A stretch of 28,785 nt of DNA from Waddliaceae bacterium (GTDB lineage Bacteria > Chlamydiota > Chlamydiia > Chlamydiales > SLFE01), in the NCBI GenBank assembly GCA_963783885.1, contig CAWAPJ010000020.1, forward strand, positions 1 to 28,785, given 5' to 3'. The position numbers and the translations under genes were made by a program. The notes below the pieces were generated by a model. It worked only from the letters and a program-made list of their open reading frames with translations. It was not told where the DNA came from and ran no database searches. This document shows, one piece after another, positions 20,230 to 28,785 of this stretch. The first letter of the stretch is position 1; each line of letters starts with the position of its first letter.

Positions 20230-20258
20230 TTGCAAAAATCGAGACCTGATGATAACTT
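20230..20258 (+). promoter_or_regulatory. Putative promoter of the car/pyr operon
   Basis: TTGCAA (20230-20235)-17 nt-TAACTT (20253-20258) with TGn extension. Confidence 0.5.
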
Positions 20259-20284
20259 TAGTGACAAATCAAAATATAGAGACG

Positions 20285-20311
20285 ATGAGGAAGACAAACA
20301 TAATCAATTGA
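20285..20311 (+). CDS. Candidate 8-aa leader peptide (MRKTNIIN)
   Basis: ATG AGG AAG ACA AAC ATA ATC AAT TGA, with a weak purine-rich SD (AGAGA); stops 9 nt before the terminator stem. Confidence 0.35.
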   Translation: MRKTNIIN

Positions 20312-20318
20312 CGACTGC

Positions 20319-20347
20319 GGGCCATCTCGACCGGATGGCTTTTTTTT
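20319..20347 (+). terminator. Intrinsic terminator in the carA leader (probable attenuator)
   Basis: GCCATC (20321-20326) / GATGGC (20334-20339) stem, extendable by G:U pairs, followed by T8 (20340-20347). Lies between the putative promoter and the carA ATG, in the sense orientation. Confidence 0.8.
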
Positions 20348-20369
20348 ATATCGCGGGTGGGGAATTTAC

Positions 20370-21425
20370 ATGTCATTGGAGTTACAGCCGGCCTATTTAA
20401 TCCTGGAAGACGGGACAAACTTTAGGGGATTGAAGCCTCCCGGACAGGCATGTTCGGTAAGTGGAGAGGTGGTATTCACGACCGGGATGACCGGTTATTT
20501 CGAATCCCTGACCGACCCCTCTTATCACAGGCAGCACTTGATTTTCACCTACCCTCTCATTGGCAATTACGGGGTGCCCGATCCCGAATATTGGGAGTCG
20601 CAGCAGATCCAGCCTTCCGGGGTGGTCATGAGCGATATCTGCCATAACTGGTCCCACTCTCTTGGGAGAAGATCGCTTCTTGACTGGCTTAAGAGTGAGG
20701 GAGTTCCGGTCATTATGGGGGTGGATACGAGGGCATTGACTAAACAGATTCGAGACAAAGGAGCCATGCTGGGCGTCATATCGGATACGCCGGAAATGTC
20801 CGGAGGCCTTACTGACCCCAATTTACTCAACCTTGTGGCCGAAGTTTCCATACCGATGCCGCAAATTCGGGGAAAGGGAAAAAAACGGATTGTCGCAGTC
20901 GACTGCGGTATGAAAATGAATATCCTCCGCTGTCTGGAGAAGTACGATGTCACGATCCAGCATGTCCCTCACAATTACAACTATTTGAAAGACGACTTTG
21001 ACGGCATCTTTATCTCCAACGGTCCGGGAAATCCCGAAACCTGCAGCGAAACGATTCATATTTTAAAACAGGCTATGAAACTAAAAAAACCGATATTCGG
21101 CATCTGTTTAGGATCCCAGATCCTGTCGCTTGCCGCGGGGGCGAAGACTTATAAACTGCCGTTTGGGCATAGAGGGCATAATCAGCCTTGCATCGATTTG
21201 CAAACGCACAAATGCTACATGACCAGCCAGAATCACGGTTGGGCTGTCGATGAAAAATCCCTTCCGAAAGATTGGATCCCGAGTTTTCGCAATTTGAATG
21301 ACGGAACTGTAGAGGGAGTGCGCCATCGCTCGCTTCCCTTCTATGCCGTACAATTCCATCCCGAAGCGGCTCCGGGACCGACAGACACCGATTGGATTTT
21401 TGAGGAATTTATTAACGCATTATGA
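20370..21425 (+). CDS. carA: Carbamoyl-phosphate synthase small subunit
   Basis: GEVVFTTGMTGY, LTDPSY, SNGPGNP, catalytic GICLG, HRGHNQP, QNHG, QFHPEA. Confidence 0.97.
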   Translation: MSLELQPAYLILEDGTNFRGLKPPGQACSVSGEVVFTTGMTGYFESLTDPSYHRQHLIFTYPLIGNYGVPDPEYWESQQIQPSGVVMSDICHNWSHSLGRRSLLDWLKSEGVPVIMGVDTRALTKQIRDKGAMLGVISDTPEMSGGLTDPNLLNLVAEVSIPMPQIRGKGKKRIVAVDCGMKMNILRCLEKYDVTIQHVPHNYNYLKDDFDGIFISNGPGNPETCSETIHILKQAMKLKKPIFGICLGSQILSLAAGAKTYKLPFGHRGHNQPCIDLQTHKCYMTSQNHGWAVDEKSLPKDWIPSFRNLNDGTVEGVRHRSLPFYAVQFHPEAAPGPTDTDWIFEEFINAL

Positions 21426-24400
21426 CAAAACAAACCATTCTCATTTTGGGCTCGGGGGGGCTGCGCATCGGCCAGGCAGGCGAGTTTGACTATTCGGGTT
21501 CTCAAGCGATCAAGGCCGTTAAGGAAGAGGGATGCCGCACTGTTTTGGTCAATCCCAATATTGCGACGGTTCAGACCGATGACGGCTTGGCGGATCAAGT
21601 CTATCTTCAGCCGCTTCATCATGATATTGTGGCCAAGATTGTCGAAAAAGAAAAACCCCAGGGGATTCTCTTAAGTTTCGGAGGGCAGACAGCGCTGAAT
21701 CTCGGGATTGAGCTGTGGAAGTCGGGCGTCCTGAAAAAACATGGGGTCAAAGTTCTCGGAACCCCTGTAGAGACGATACTGACGACAGAGGACCGGCAGC
21801 TCTTCAAAGACTGCCTAAATGAAATTGATGTCAAAACGCCTCGCAGCTTTAGCGTCCATTCGGTCAGCGAGGCTTTGGATGCTGCCAAACAGATTGGCTA
21901 TCCTCTGATGATCCGCTCGGGATTTTCCCTCGGCGGCCTCGGATCAGGGAAAATCGAGAATGAACAGCAGTTGATTGACAAAGCGCGGGAAGCTTTTAGC
22001 CATGCCCCGCAGATATTGATCGAGGAATATCTGTATGGCTGGAAAGAGATTGAATACGAGGTGATGCGCGACTGCGATGACAATGCTGTGACGATTTGCA
22101 ATATGGAAAATTTCGATCCCATGGGGATCCATACGGGGGAAAGCATTGTTGTTGCGCCTTCGCAAACGCTGACCAATCAGGAATATCACTTTTTGCGCTC
22201 CGTAGCCCTTAAAACCGTACGAAAATTGGGCGTTATCGGCGAGTGCAATATTCAGTATGCCCTCAATCCCGAAAATGGTGATTACCGCGTGATTGAAGTG
22301 AATGCCAGGCTTTCCCGTTCGAGTGCTTTGGCTTCGAAGGCTACCGGATATCCGATTGCCTTTGTGGCCGCAAAGTTGGCTTTAAGTAAGCGGCTTGACG
22401 CGCTTCGCAATCAAGTAACCAAGCAGACTTCCGCCTTTTTTGAACCGGCTCTCGATTACATTGTGGTGAAAATGCCCAGGTGGGATATCCAGAAGTTTAA
22501 ATCGGCCGACCGCCGCATCGGTTCCGAAATGAAAAGTGTCGGCGAGGTGATGGGGATTGGCAGAACATTTCCAGAAGCATTGCAAAAAGCGGTCCGCATG
22601 CTCTCAATCGGCCAGACGGGATTGCACGATTATCCCCGGCCGATTCCTTCATTAAAAGATGAGATTGTCAATGCCACCGACCGCCGCCTCTTTGCTCTCT
22701 ATCAGTATTTAAAGAAGGGAAAATCCGTTGAGGAGATCCATGACTTGTCGAGAATCAACACATGGTTTCTTCATCACCTGAAAAGTCTTGTCGAAATGGA
22801 AAAGCGTGTCAGCGGGGAAGAGCTTTCGAAAGATCTCCTTCTCGAGGCTAAAAAACTCGGGTTTTCCGATGCCGCCATAGCCGAGTTTGCGAAACTGGAT
22901 GAAGACGAAGTGCGACAGAAGCGCAAAGAATGGCACGCCCTTCCTTATGTGAAGCAGATCGATACTTTGGCCGGGGAGTTCGCCGCTCAAACCAACTACC
23001 TTTATTTGACTTATCACGGCTCGACGCATGATGTTGATCCGTCCGAACAATCACCTGTCATTATTCTCGGTTCAGGACCCTATTGCATCGGTTCTTCCGT
23101 CGAATTCGATTGGTGCGCTGTCAACGCTCTCAAAAGTTTCCGCTCGCTCGGCGAGTCGCCGATTATGATCAACTCCAATCCCGAGACAGTCTCGACCGAC
23201 TATGACGAATCGGAACGGCTCTACTTTGAGGAGCTCTCCCTCGAAAGAGTTGCCGATATCGCTGATTTCGAAAACCCCAAATCCATCATGATCAGCGTTG
23301 GCGGACAGGCAGCCAATAACCTGGCCTCGCCTCTTAGCAAAAATGGCTATCCCATTTTAGGAACTCCGACAGAAATGATCGACCGGGCCGAAAATCGCAA
23401 AGAGTTTTCCTCCCTTCTGGGCAGGCTGGGTATCGATCAGCCGACCTGGGCTGAAGTGAAGACGCTGGCTCAGGCTAAAAGTTTTGCCAAAAAGGTCCGC
23501 TATCCCATTCTAGTCAGACCCTCTTATGTCCTCTCTGGAGCGGCCATGAATGTGGTGCACAGCGAAGATGAGCTCGAATCGTATTTGAGCGAAGCGGCGC
23601 TGGTGTCCCGCGGACATCCGGTGGTCATTTCCCAATTTATCTCAAACGGCAAGGAGCTTGAGATTGACGGCGTGGCCAAAAAGGGAAAAATCGTTGTCCA
23701 TGCTATCACCGAACATGTGGAAAACGCCGGCGTCCACTCGGGAGACGCCACAGTTGTCATTCCCCCGCAGCGTCTTTATCTCGAGACTATACGGCGGGCT
23801 AAGCAGATAGCCCAAAAAATTGCCGAAGCTCTAAATATCACGGGACCCTTCAACATTCAGTTTATCGCCAAGGAAAACGGCTTGAAAGTGATCGAGTGCA
23901 ATGCCCGGGCCTCCCGCTCGTTTCCCTTTGTCTCAAAAGTCACGAATCAAAACTTTATCGACGTCGCTGTCAAGGCGATGATGGACCGCCCTTTGCCAGA
24001 GTGGTATGAGACACTGGAATTGGAACATGTCGGGGTGAAGACGCCGCAATTTTCCTACAACAGGCTCAAAGGGGCCAATCCCGTCGCGCAGGTGGAAATG
24101 GCCTCGACCGGCGAGGTGGCCTGCCTGGGGCAGAATTTGTATGAAGCATTTTACCATTCCTGGATGGCCACGGGGCAAAAGATTGCGGGAAAACGGATTC
24201 TTGTAAGCATCGGAGGGGATAAAAAGGGAAGGTTTCTCGATGTTCTTAAGTCTCTTGAGGCTTCGGGATGGAAGCTTTACGCAACGGAAAATACTCATGA
24301 TTATCTCGTCAGAAACGGCGTTGCGTGCCGTTTTTTATACAAAGCGAGCGACTCGCTCGAGCCCAATATCAAGACGACAATCGCCAGCCGGGACGTCGAC

Positions 24401-24601
24401 CTGATTGTCAACATTCCGACCAATATCAGTCCGAAAATCATCACCGATGGATTTACAATCAGGCGCCTTGCGATCGATCACAATATTCCCTTGATCACCA
24501 ATATGCAGATCGCATTGCTTTTTTTGCACTGCCTGCAAGAGCTCGACGTCGATAAAATCCCAATAAAATCATGGAAGGAATATGTCAGCCACAGCGTATA
24601 A
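21422..24601 (+). CDS. carB: Carbamoyl-phosphate synthase large subunit
   Basis: Two ATP-grasp halves ([47 protein letters not shown]) and a C-terminal MGS-like domain. Confidence 0.98.
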   Translation: [1059 protein letters not shown]

Positions 24602-25505
24602 ACAACATTTAATTTCCATTCGCGATCTGGATAGAGACGATATCACCTCTATCCTGGACGAGGCGGAGAAGTTTAAAAAACAGCCCTTTCCCGATTTGCT
24701 TAAAGGAAAACTTCTCGGCATCTGTTTTTTTGAGCCTTCGACAAGAACACGTTTGTCGTTTGAATCGGCTATGAAACGGCTTGGGGGCGATGTGATCGGC
24801 TTTACCGACGATAAGTCAACTTCGCTGCAAAAAGGGGAGTCTTTGCACGATACCATCAAAATCGTCAGCGGATATGTCGATGCGATTGTAATCAGGCATC
24901 CTCTTATGGGCGCCGCTAAACTTGCCGCGGATGTAACAGAAAAACCGATTATCAACGCCGGCGACGGCGCTAATGAACATCCAACTCAGACACTTCTCGA
25001 TTTGTTTTCAATACGAGAGAGCCAGGGAACTCTCGACAGGCTTCATGTTGCCTGGATGGGGGATTTAAAAAACGGAAGGGCCGTACACTCGCTGGTTCAG
25101 GCCTCTGCCTATTTCAATATCCGCATGTACTTCATTTCACCTCCCTCTTTGGAGCTTCCCGAAGACATCTGCCGCGAATTGAAAAATGCCAGCGTTTTGT
25201 TTTCTTTCCACCAATCTTTAGACGAGGTGATCGATAAACTAGATATCCTTTATATGACCCGCATACAGAAAGAAAGAATGCTCTCTGCTAATGAGCTCCC
25301 TTTCTCAAGAAAAGGGTATTTTTTAAAGCCCGCATTGCTCGAGAATGCCAAACCGAACCTGCGTATCCTTCATCCTTTGCCCCGGGTCGATGAACTGGAT
25401 CCTTCGGTAGACGAGACAGGGCATGCGTATTATTTTCAGCAGGCCTGCAACGGCATCCCCGTGAGGCAGGCGGTTTTGAAATTATTACTGGGAGGCAGCT
25501 TGTGA
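24582..25505 (+). CDS. pyrB: Aspartate carbamoyltransferase catalytic subunit
   Basis: FFEPSTRTRLSF, KGESL.DT, NAGDG..EHPTQ.LLD, TRIQKER, HPLPR. Confidence 0.97.
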   Translation: MSATAYKQHLISIRDLDRDDITSILDEAEKFKKQPFPDLLKGKLLGICFFEPSTRTRLSFESAMKRLGGDVIGFTDDKSTSLQKGESLHDTIKIVSGYVDAIVIRHPLMGAAKLAADVTEKPIINAGDGANEHPTQTLLDLFSIRESQGTLDRLHVAWMGDLKNGRAVHSLVQASAYFNIRMYFISPPSLELPEDICRELKNASVLFSFHQSLDEVIDKLDILYMTRIQKERMLSANELPFSRKGYFLKPALLENAKPNLRILHPLPRVDELDPSVDETGHAYYFQQACNGIPVRQAVLKLLLGGSL

Positions 25506-25963
25506 CAATCACTCTTGACGAAACATTAGCTCTCGCAACGATCAGCCAGGGAACCGTGATCGATCATATTCCCGCCGGGCAGGGGATGCGGCTCTTTCGG
25601 CTGCTTCTACTCGATAAATTAAACGATTGCGTTACCATCGGTTTGAACCTCTACAGTCCCACTATGAAGAAAAAGGATATGATCAAAATCGAAGGAATAG
25701 AGCTGACACCTGAAGAGGCGTCCAAACTGGCGGTTTTTGCCCCATCAACAACGGTGGCGATCATCCGAGAGGGTGTTGTGGCGGAGAAATTTTCCGTATC
25801 GCTTCCTACACTTGTTGAAAATGTCATCCACTGTCCCAACCCTTCTTGCGTGACCAACTACGAAAAAACCGACCGCCTCTTCTATGTGATACCGGCAGGA
25901 AAAAATAACGTTCTACGATGCAAATATTGTGAAAAAACCTACATGCAGGACGAGATAATTTAG
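25502..25963 (+). CDS. pyrI: Aspartate carbamoyltransferase regulatory subunit
   Basis: GTVIDHIPAG, KKD.IKIE, Zn ligands CPNPSC and CKYC; GTG start overlapping the pyrB stop. Confidence 0.95.
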   Translation: MTITLDETLALATISQGTVIDHIPAGQGMRLFRLLLLDKLNDCVTIGLNLYSPTMKKKDMIKIEGIELTPEEASKLAVFAPSTTVAIIREGVVAEKFSVSLPTLVENVIHCPNPSCVTNYEKTDRLFYVIPAGKNNVLRCKYCEKTYMQDEII

Positions 25964-27205
25964 ATGATCAGATTAAAAAATGTGCGCGATATCAGAGGAA
26001 ATGTTTCCGATGTCGAACTTCCCAATCAACTGCAACTGGAAATCAATTCCGAAGGGTTGACGCTGCTTCCCGCATTGATTGACACCCATGTGCATTTTCG
26101 GCAGCCGGGCCACGATCATAAAGAGGATTGGGGAACAGGGGCGCAGGCGGCAGTTGCCGGAGGAGTGACCACCGTTTTCGATATGCCGAATAACAATCCT
26201 CCCTGCTTTTCTTGGGAAAATTTACAAGAGAAAAAAAAGATCATCGACAAAAAGCTTGAGTCTGTCGATATTCCGCTCAGGTATCACTTGTATCTTGGCG
26301 CCGATAAACATCATTTTGATGAAATTCCCAAATGCCGCCAGGAAATTGTCGGCATTAAAGTTTTTATGGGGTGCAGCACAGGGAACCTGCTGATGGATAG
26401 AGACGAGGACCTCGAGAGGATTTTCCAGCTTGGATCCGAATACGGCTTGATGATTTCCGTCCATGCCGAAGACGAGGCTCTCATCCGGGAAAACCGCTCC
26501 AAATACCTTGATGATTGTTCCGATCCTTCCGTTCATTCAAAAATCAGGGACCGAAGCGCTGCCGTCCGGGCGACATCGAGGGCTATCTCTTATGCCAAGA
26601 AGTATGATACCAGACTGTGCATCCTTCATATGAGCACTTCTGACGAAGTAGAACTGGTAAGACGGGGAAAAGCCGACGGCGTGAAAGTTTTTGCCGAAGT
26701 GGCGCCCCATCACCTTTTCCTGGATGAGAACGACTACGCCCAAAACGGGACAAAAGTCCAAATGAACCCCCCTTTGAGGACCGAGTCGGACCGGTTGGCC
26801 CTCTGGAAAGGCATTAACGACGGCATCATTGACTTTCTCGGAACCGACCACGCCCCCCATACCCTTGACGAGAAGCTAAGCCCCTATGGAGAGGCCCCAT
26901 CGGGCGTTCCGAGTATCGAACTCATGCTTCCACTCATGCTTGATGCCGCCTCCAAAGGGCTGATCTCGCTGCAGCGTGTTGTCGAGTTGACAAGCCAGCG
27001 GGCTAGGGAGGTTTTTCGTTTGGAGCCAAACTACGACGCTGTCCTTGTCGATCTCAACCTGGAAAAGGAGGTCGACGATGCCCAGCTAAAAACAAAATGC
27101 CAATGGTCGCCGTACCACGGCAGGCGGCTCAAAGGATGGCCAGTCTGCACAATCCTGAAAGACAATCTATATGAAGTCGAGGAAATCATATGTCAGAAAC
27201 TTTAA
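25964..27205 (+). CDS. pyrC: Dihydroorotase (type I)
   Basis: DTHVHFRQPG, AGGVTTV.DMPN, HAED, PHHLFL, NPPLR, TDHAPH; operon context. Confidence 0.93.
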   Translation: MIRLKNVRDIRGNVSDVELPNQLQLEINSEGLTLLPALIDTHVHFRQPGHDHKEDWGTGAQAAVAGGVTTVFDMPNNNPPCFSWENLQEKKKIIDKKLESVDIPLRYHLYLGADKHHFDEIPKCRQEIVGIKVFMGCSTGNLLMDRDEDLERIFQLGSEYGLMISVHAEDEALIRENRSKYLDDCSDPSVHSKIRDRSAAVRATSRAISYAKKYDTRLCILHMSTSDEVELVRRGKADGVKVFAEVAPHHLFLDENDYAQNGTKVQMNPPLRTESDRLALWKGINDGIIDFLGTDHAPHTLDEKLSPYGEAPSGVPSIELMLPLMLDAASKGLISLQRVVELTSQRAREVFRLEPNYDAVLVDLNLEKEVDDAQLKTKCQWSPYHGRRLKGWPVCTILKDNLYEVEEIICQKL

Positions 27206-28272
27206 CGGCCGCATCGCCGATTTATGACATTCATAAGACCTATCTCGAAAACGCCGAAAGCGGACCTTTTTTCACCGATTCCGTTCCGGAAAGAGTATGG
27301 AAGCCAGAATCGGAGTGGATCGACTTTTTGGGGTTTCAGGTCGCGTCTCCAATAGGGGTCCCCGCAGGTCCGCTGTTAAACTCCAAATGGACAACCCTTG
27401 CGGCCAGGCTGGGATTCGATATTGTCACCTATAAGACCATCAGGGACTGCGAATACCCCAGCCATCCACTGCCCAACGTCATGTTTGTCGATACAGGCGG
27501 CAGCATCACTCAAGAGAGGATCGGAGACGCAGTCACCCCCCTCGATCGGCAAGGCGAGGAGCTTGCCATCACAAATTCTTTCGGCAACCCTTCGCGAAAG
27601 CCCGAGTATTTGGAAATGGACATCCACTTGGCGTCCCACGCCCTTGAAAAAGGACAGGTTTTGATTGTGTCGGTATTCGGATCGGGGGATTCTTTCGAAG
27701 AAATGAGCCGCGGATTTATCAACGCCGCCCTTCTTGCGAAAAACAGCGGGGCGCACCTGATCGAAGCCAACTTCTCCTGTCCCAATGTCTCTTCAGGGGG
27801 CGCACTCTACAGCGATCCCGAAGCCTCTTATAGCCTCGCCAAAAAAATTGCAGACACCATCAAGCCGACCCCCCTAATTGTCAAGATGGGCATTTTCAAA
27901 AATCCCGCAAAACTAGAGCCCGTGCTTTTATCCCTTGCAAAAGCCGGGGTTCGGGCCGTTTGCGCAGTCAACACCATTCCGATGAAGGTCATCGACCAAA
28001 AAGGGGGGGCTGCCCTGGGACAAAACAGGCTGCAAAGCGGAATCTGCGGAGACCCTATCCGGCCGCTCGCCTTGTCGTTTATACAACAATCCCGTTTCAT
28101 GATTGACACTCATAAATTGGATCTGGAGATCATGGGCTGCGGAGGCATCACACAAGAAAAACATTTCGATCAATTTTTAAATGCAGGAGCGAAAGCCGCC
28201 CTCACCGCGACGGGGATGATGTGGGATCCTTATCTCGCATACCGATGGCACCTCCAAGGGAGAGAATTATGA
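27190..28272 (+). CDS. pyrD: Dihydroorotate dehydrogenase-like FMN oxidoreductase (class 1-like, divergent)
   Basis: PIGVPAGP, TYKT, NSFG.P, EANFSCPN (catalytic Cys), VKMG, NT, GCGGI; lies between pyrC and pyrE. Confidence 0.8.
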   Translation: MSETLTAASPIYDIHKTYLENAESGPFFTDSVPERVWKPESEWIDFLGFQVASPIGVPAGPLLNSKWTTLAARLGFDIVTYKTIRDCEYPSHPLPNVMFVDTGGSITQERIGDAVTPLDRQGEELAITNSFGNPSRKPEYLEMDIHLASHALEKGQVLIVSVFGSGDSFEEMSRGFINAALLAKNSGAHLIEANFSCPNVSSGGALYSDPEASYSLAKKIADTIKPTPLIVKMGIFKNPAKLEPVLLSLAKAGVRAVCAVNTIPMKVIDQKGGAALGQNRLQSGICGDPIRPLALSFIQQSRFMIDTHKLDLEIMGCGGITQEKHFDQFLNAGAKAALTATGMMWDPYLAYRWHLQGREL

Positions 28273-28785
28273 AAGGAGATTTTTTGATAGACAAGATGAA
28301 CAATGTCGCCTTCGACATGTCGCCTGAGGCTCCTCATAACGAAGAGCTCGTTGAAATGCTTTATAAGATCGGCGCGGTGCAGTTCGGAGAGTTTAAACTC
28401 AAAAGCGGCATGATGTCGCCCCTCTATATCGACCTCAGAAAAACGATAACCTATCCCCATGTTCTCAAAAAGCTATTGGAGGCCATGTGGTGCAAGATGC
28501 AAAGCTTCAAATTCGACCTCATCTGCGGGGTTCCATTGACAGCTGTTGTTTTTTCGAGCTATTTGTCGATTGCCAAAGGACTTCCCATGATCTTGTGCAG
28601 AAAAGAAATCAAAGACCACGGAACGAAGAAAAAGATCGAAGGAGAATATTTTGCGGGGCAGCAGTGCCTCATTATCGAGGATCTCATTACCAGCGGCGCC
28701 AGCATTTTGGAAACGGCCAAGCCTCTAGAAGAGGAAGGGCTTGTCGTCAAAGACATCGTTTTATTGATCGACCGCGAGCACCGCA
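28269..28785 (+). CDS. pyrE: Orotate phosphoribosyltransferase, 3'-truncated by the window end (absent from the ORF track)
   Basis: ATG 28269 overlaps the pyrD stop. Translation gives QFGEFKLKSG..SPLYIDLR, RKEIKDHGT and the PRPP-binding IIEDLITSGASI; the frame is open to the end. Confidence 0.95.
   Translation, partial: MKGDFLIDKMNNVAFDMSPEAPHNEELVEMLYKIGAVQFGEFKLKSGMMSPLYIDLRKTITYPHVLKKLLEAMWCKMQSFKFDLICGVPLTAVVFSSYLSIAKGLPMILCRKEIKDHGTKKKIEGEYFAGQQCLIIEDLITSGASILETAKPLEEEGLVVKDIVLLIDREHR

Noticed and set aside
20246-20252. CTGATGA, the hammerhead ribozyme core (also similar to the 3' part of the fluoride riboswitch)
   Set aside because: No stem II followed by GAAA and no flanking helices; it falls in the predicted promoter spacer.

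Overview
Bacterial chromosomal window, most likely from an environmental member of Chlamydiota. This is inferred from the gene order hypothetical-phnP-hflX-...-mtaB(yqeV)-CT865-like-glgB, which I recall from Chlamydia pneumoniae; it is not confirmed by a search. Left to right: (1) an AT-rich accessory block (1-~2160) with a 5'-truncated TPR-containing protein ending in an Ntox50-like toxin domain, a small acidic candidate immunity gene, and a decayed IS91-family transposase with a hairpin-rich end; (2) a housekeeping run (phnP-like MBL hydrolase, hflX, radC, trkH-trkA, mtaB, CT865-like, glgB, ligA) interrupted by an antisense hicAB toxin-antitoxin module with a palindromic operator; (3) a block of orphan-like genes (14771-20116) with a degenerate U-box/RING-like membrane protein, a catalytically dead M16-peptidase fusion and two tandem permuted papain-like Cys hydrolases, which are candidate host-directed effectors; (4) a tightly packed de novo pyrimidine operon carA-carB-pyrB-pyrI-pyrC-pyrD-pyrE (running off the end), preceded by an 8-codon leader ORF and an intrinsic terminator that together look like an attenuator. 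No rRNA, tRNA or CRISPR array was recognised. All family assignments are from motif recognition by eye.
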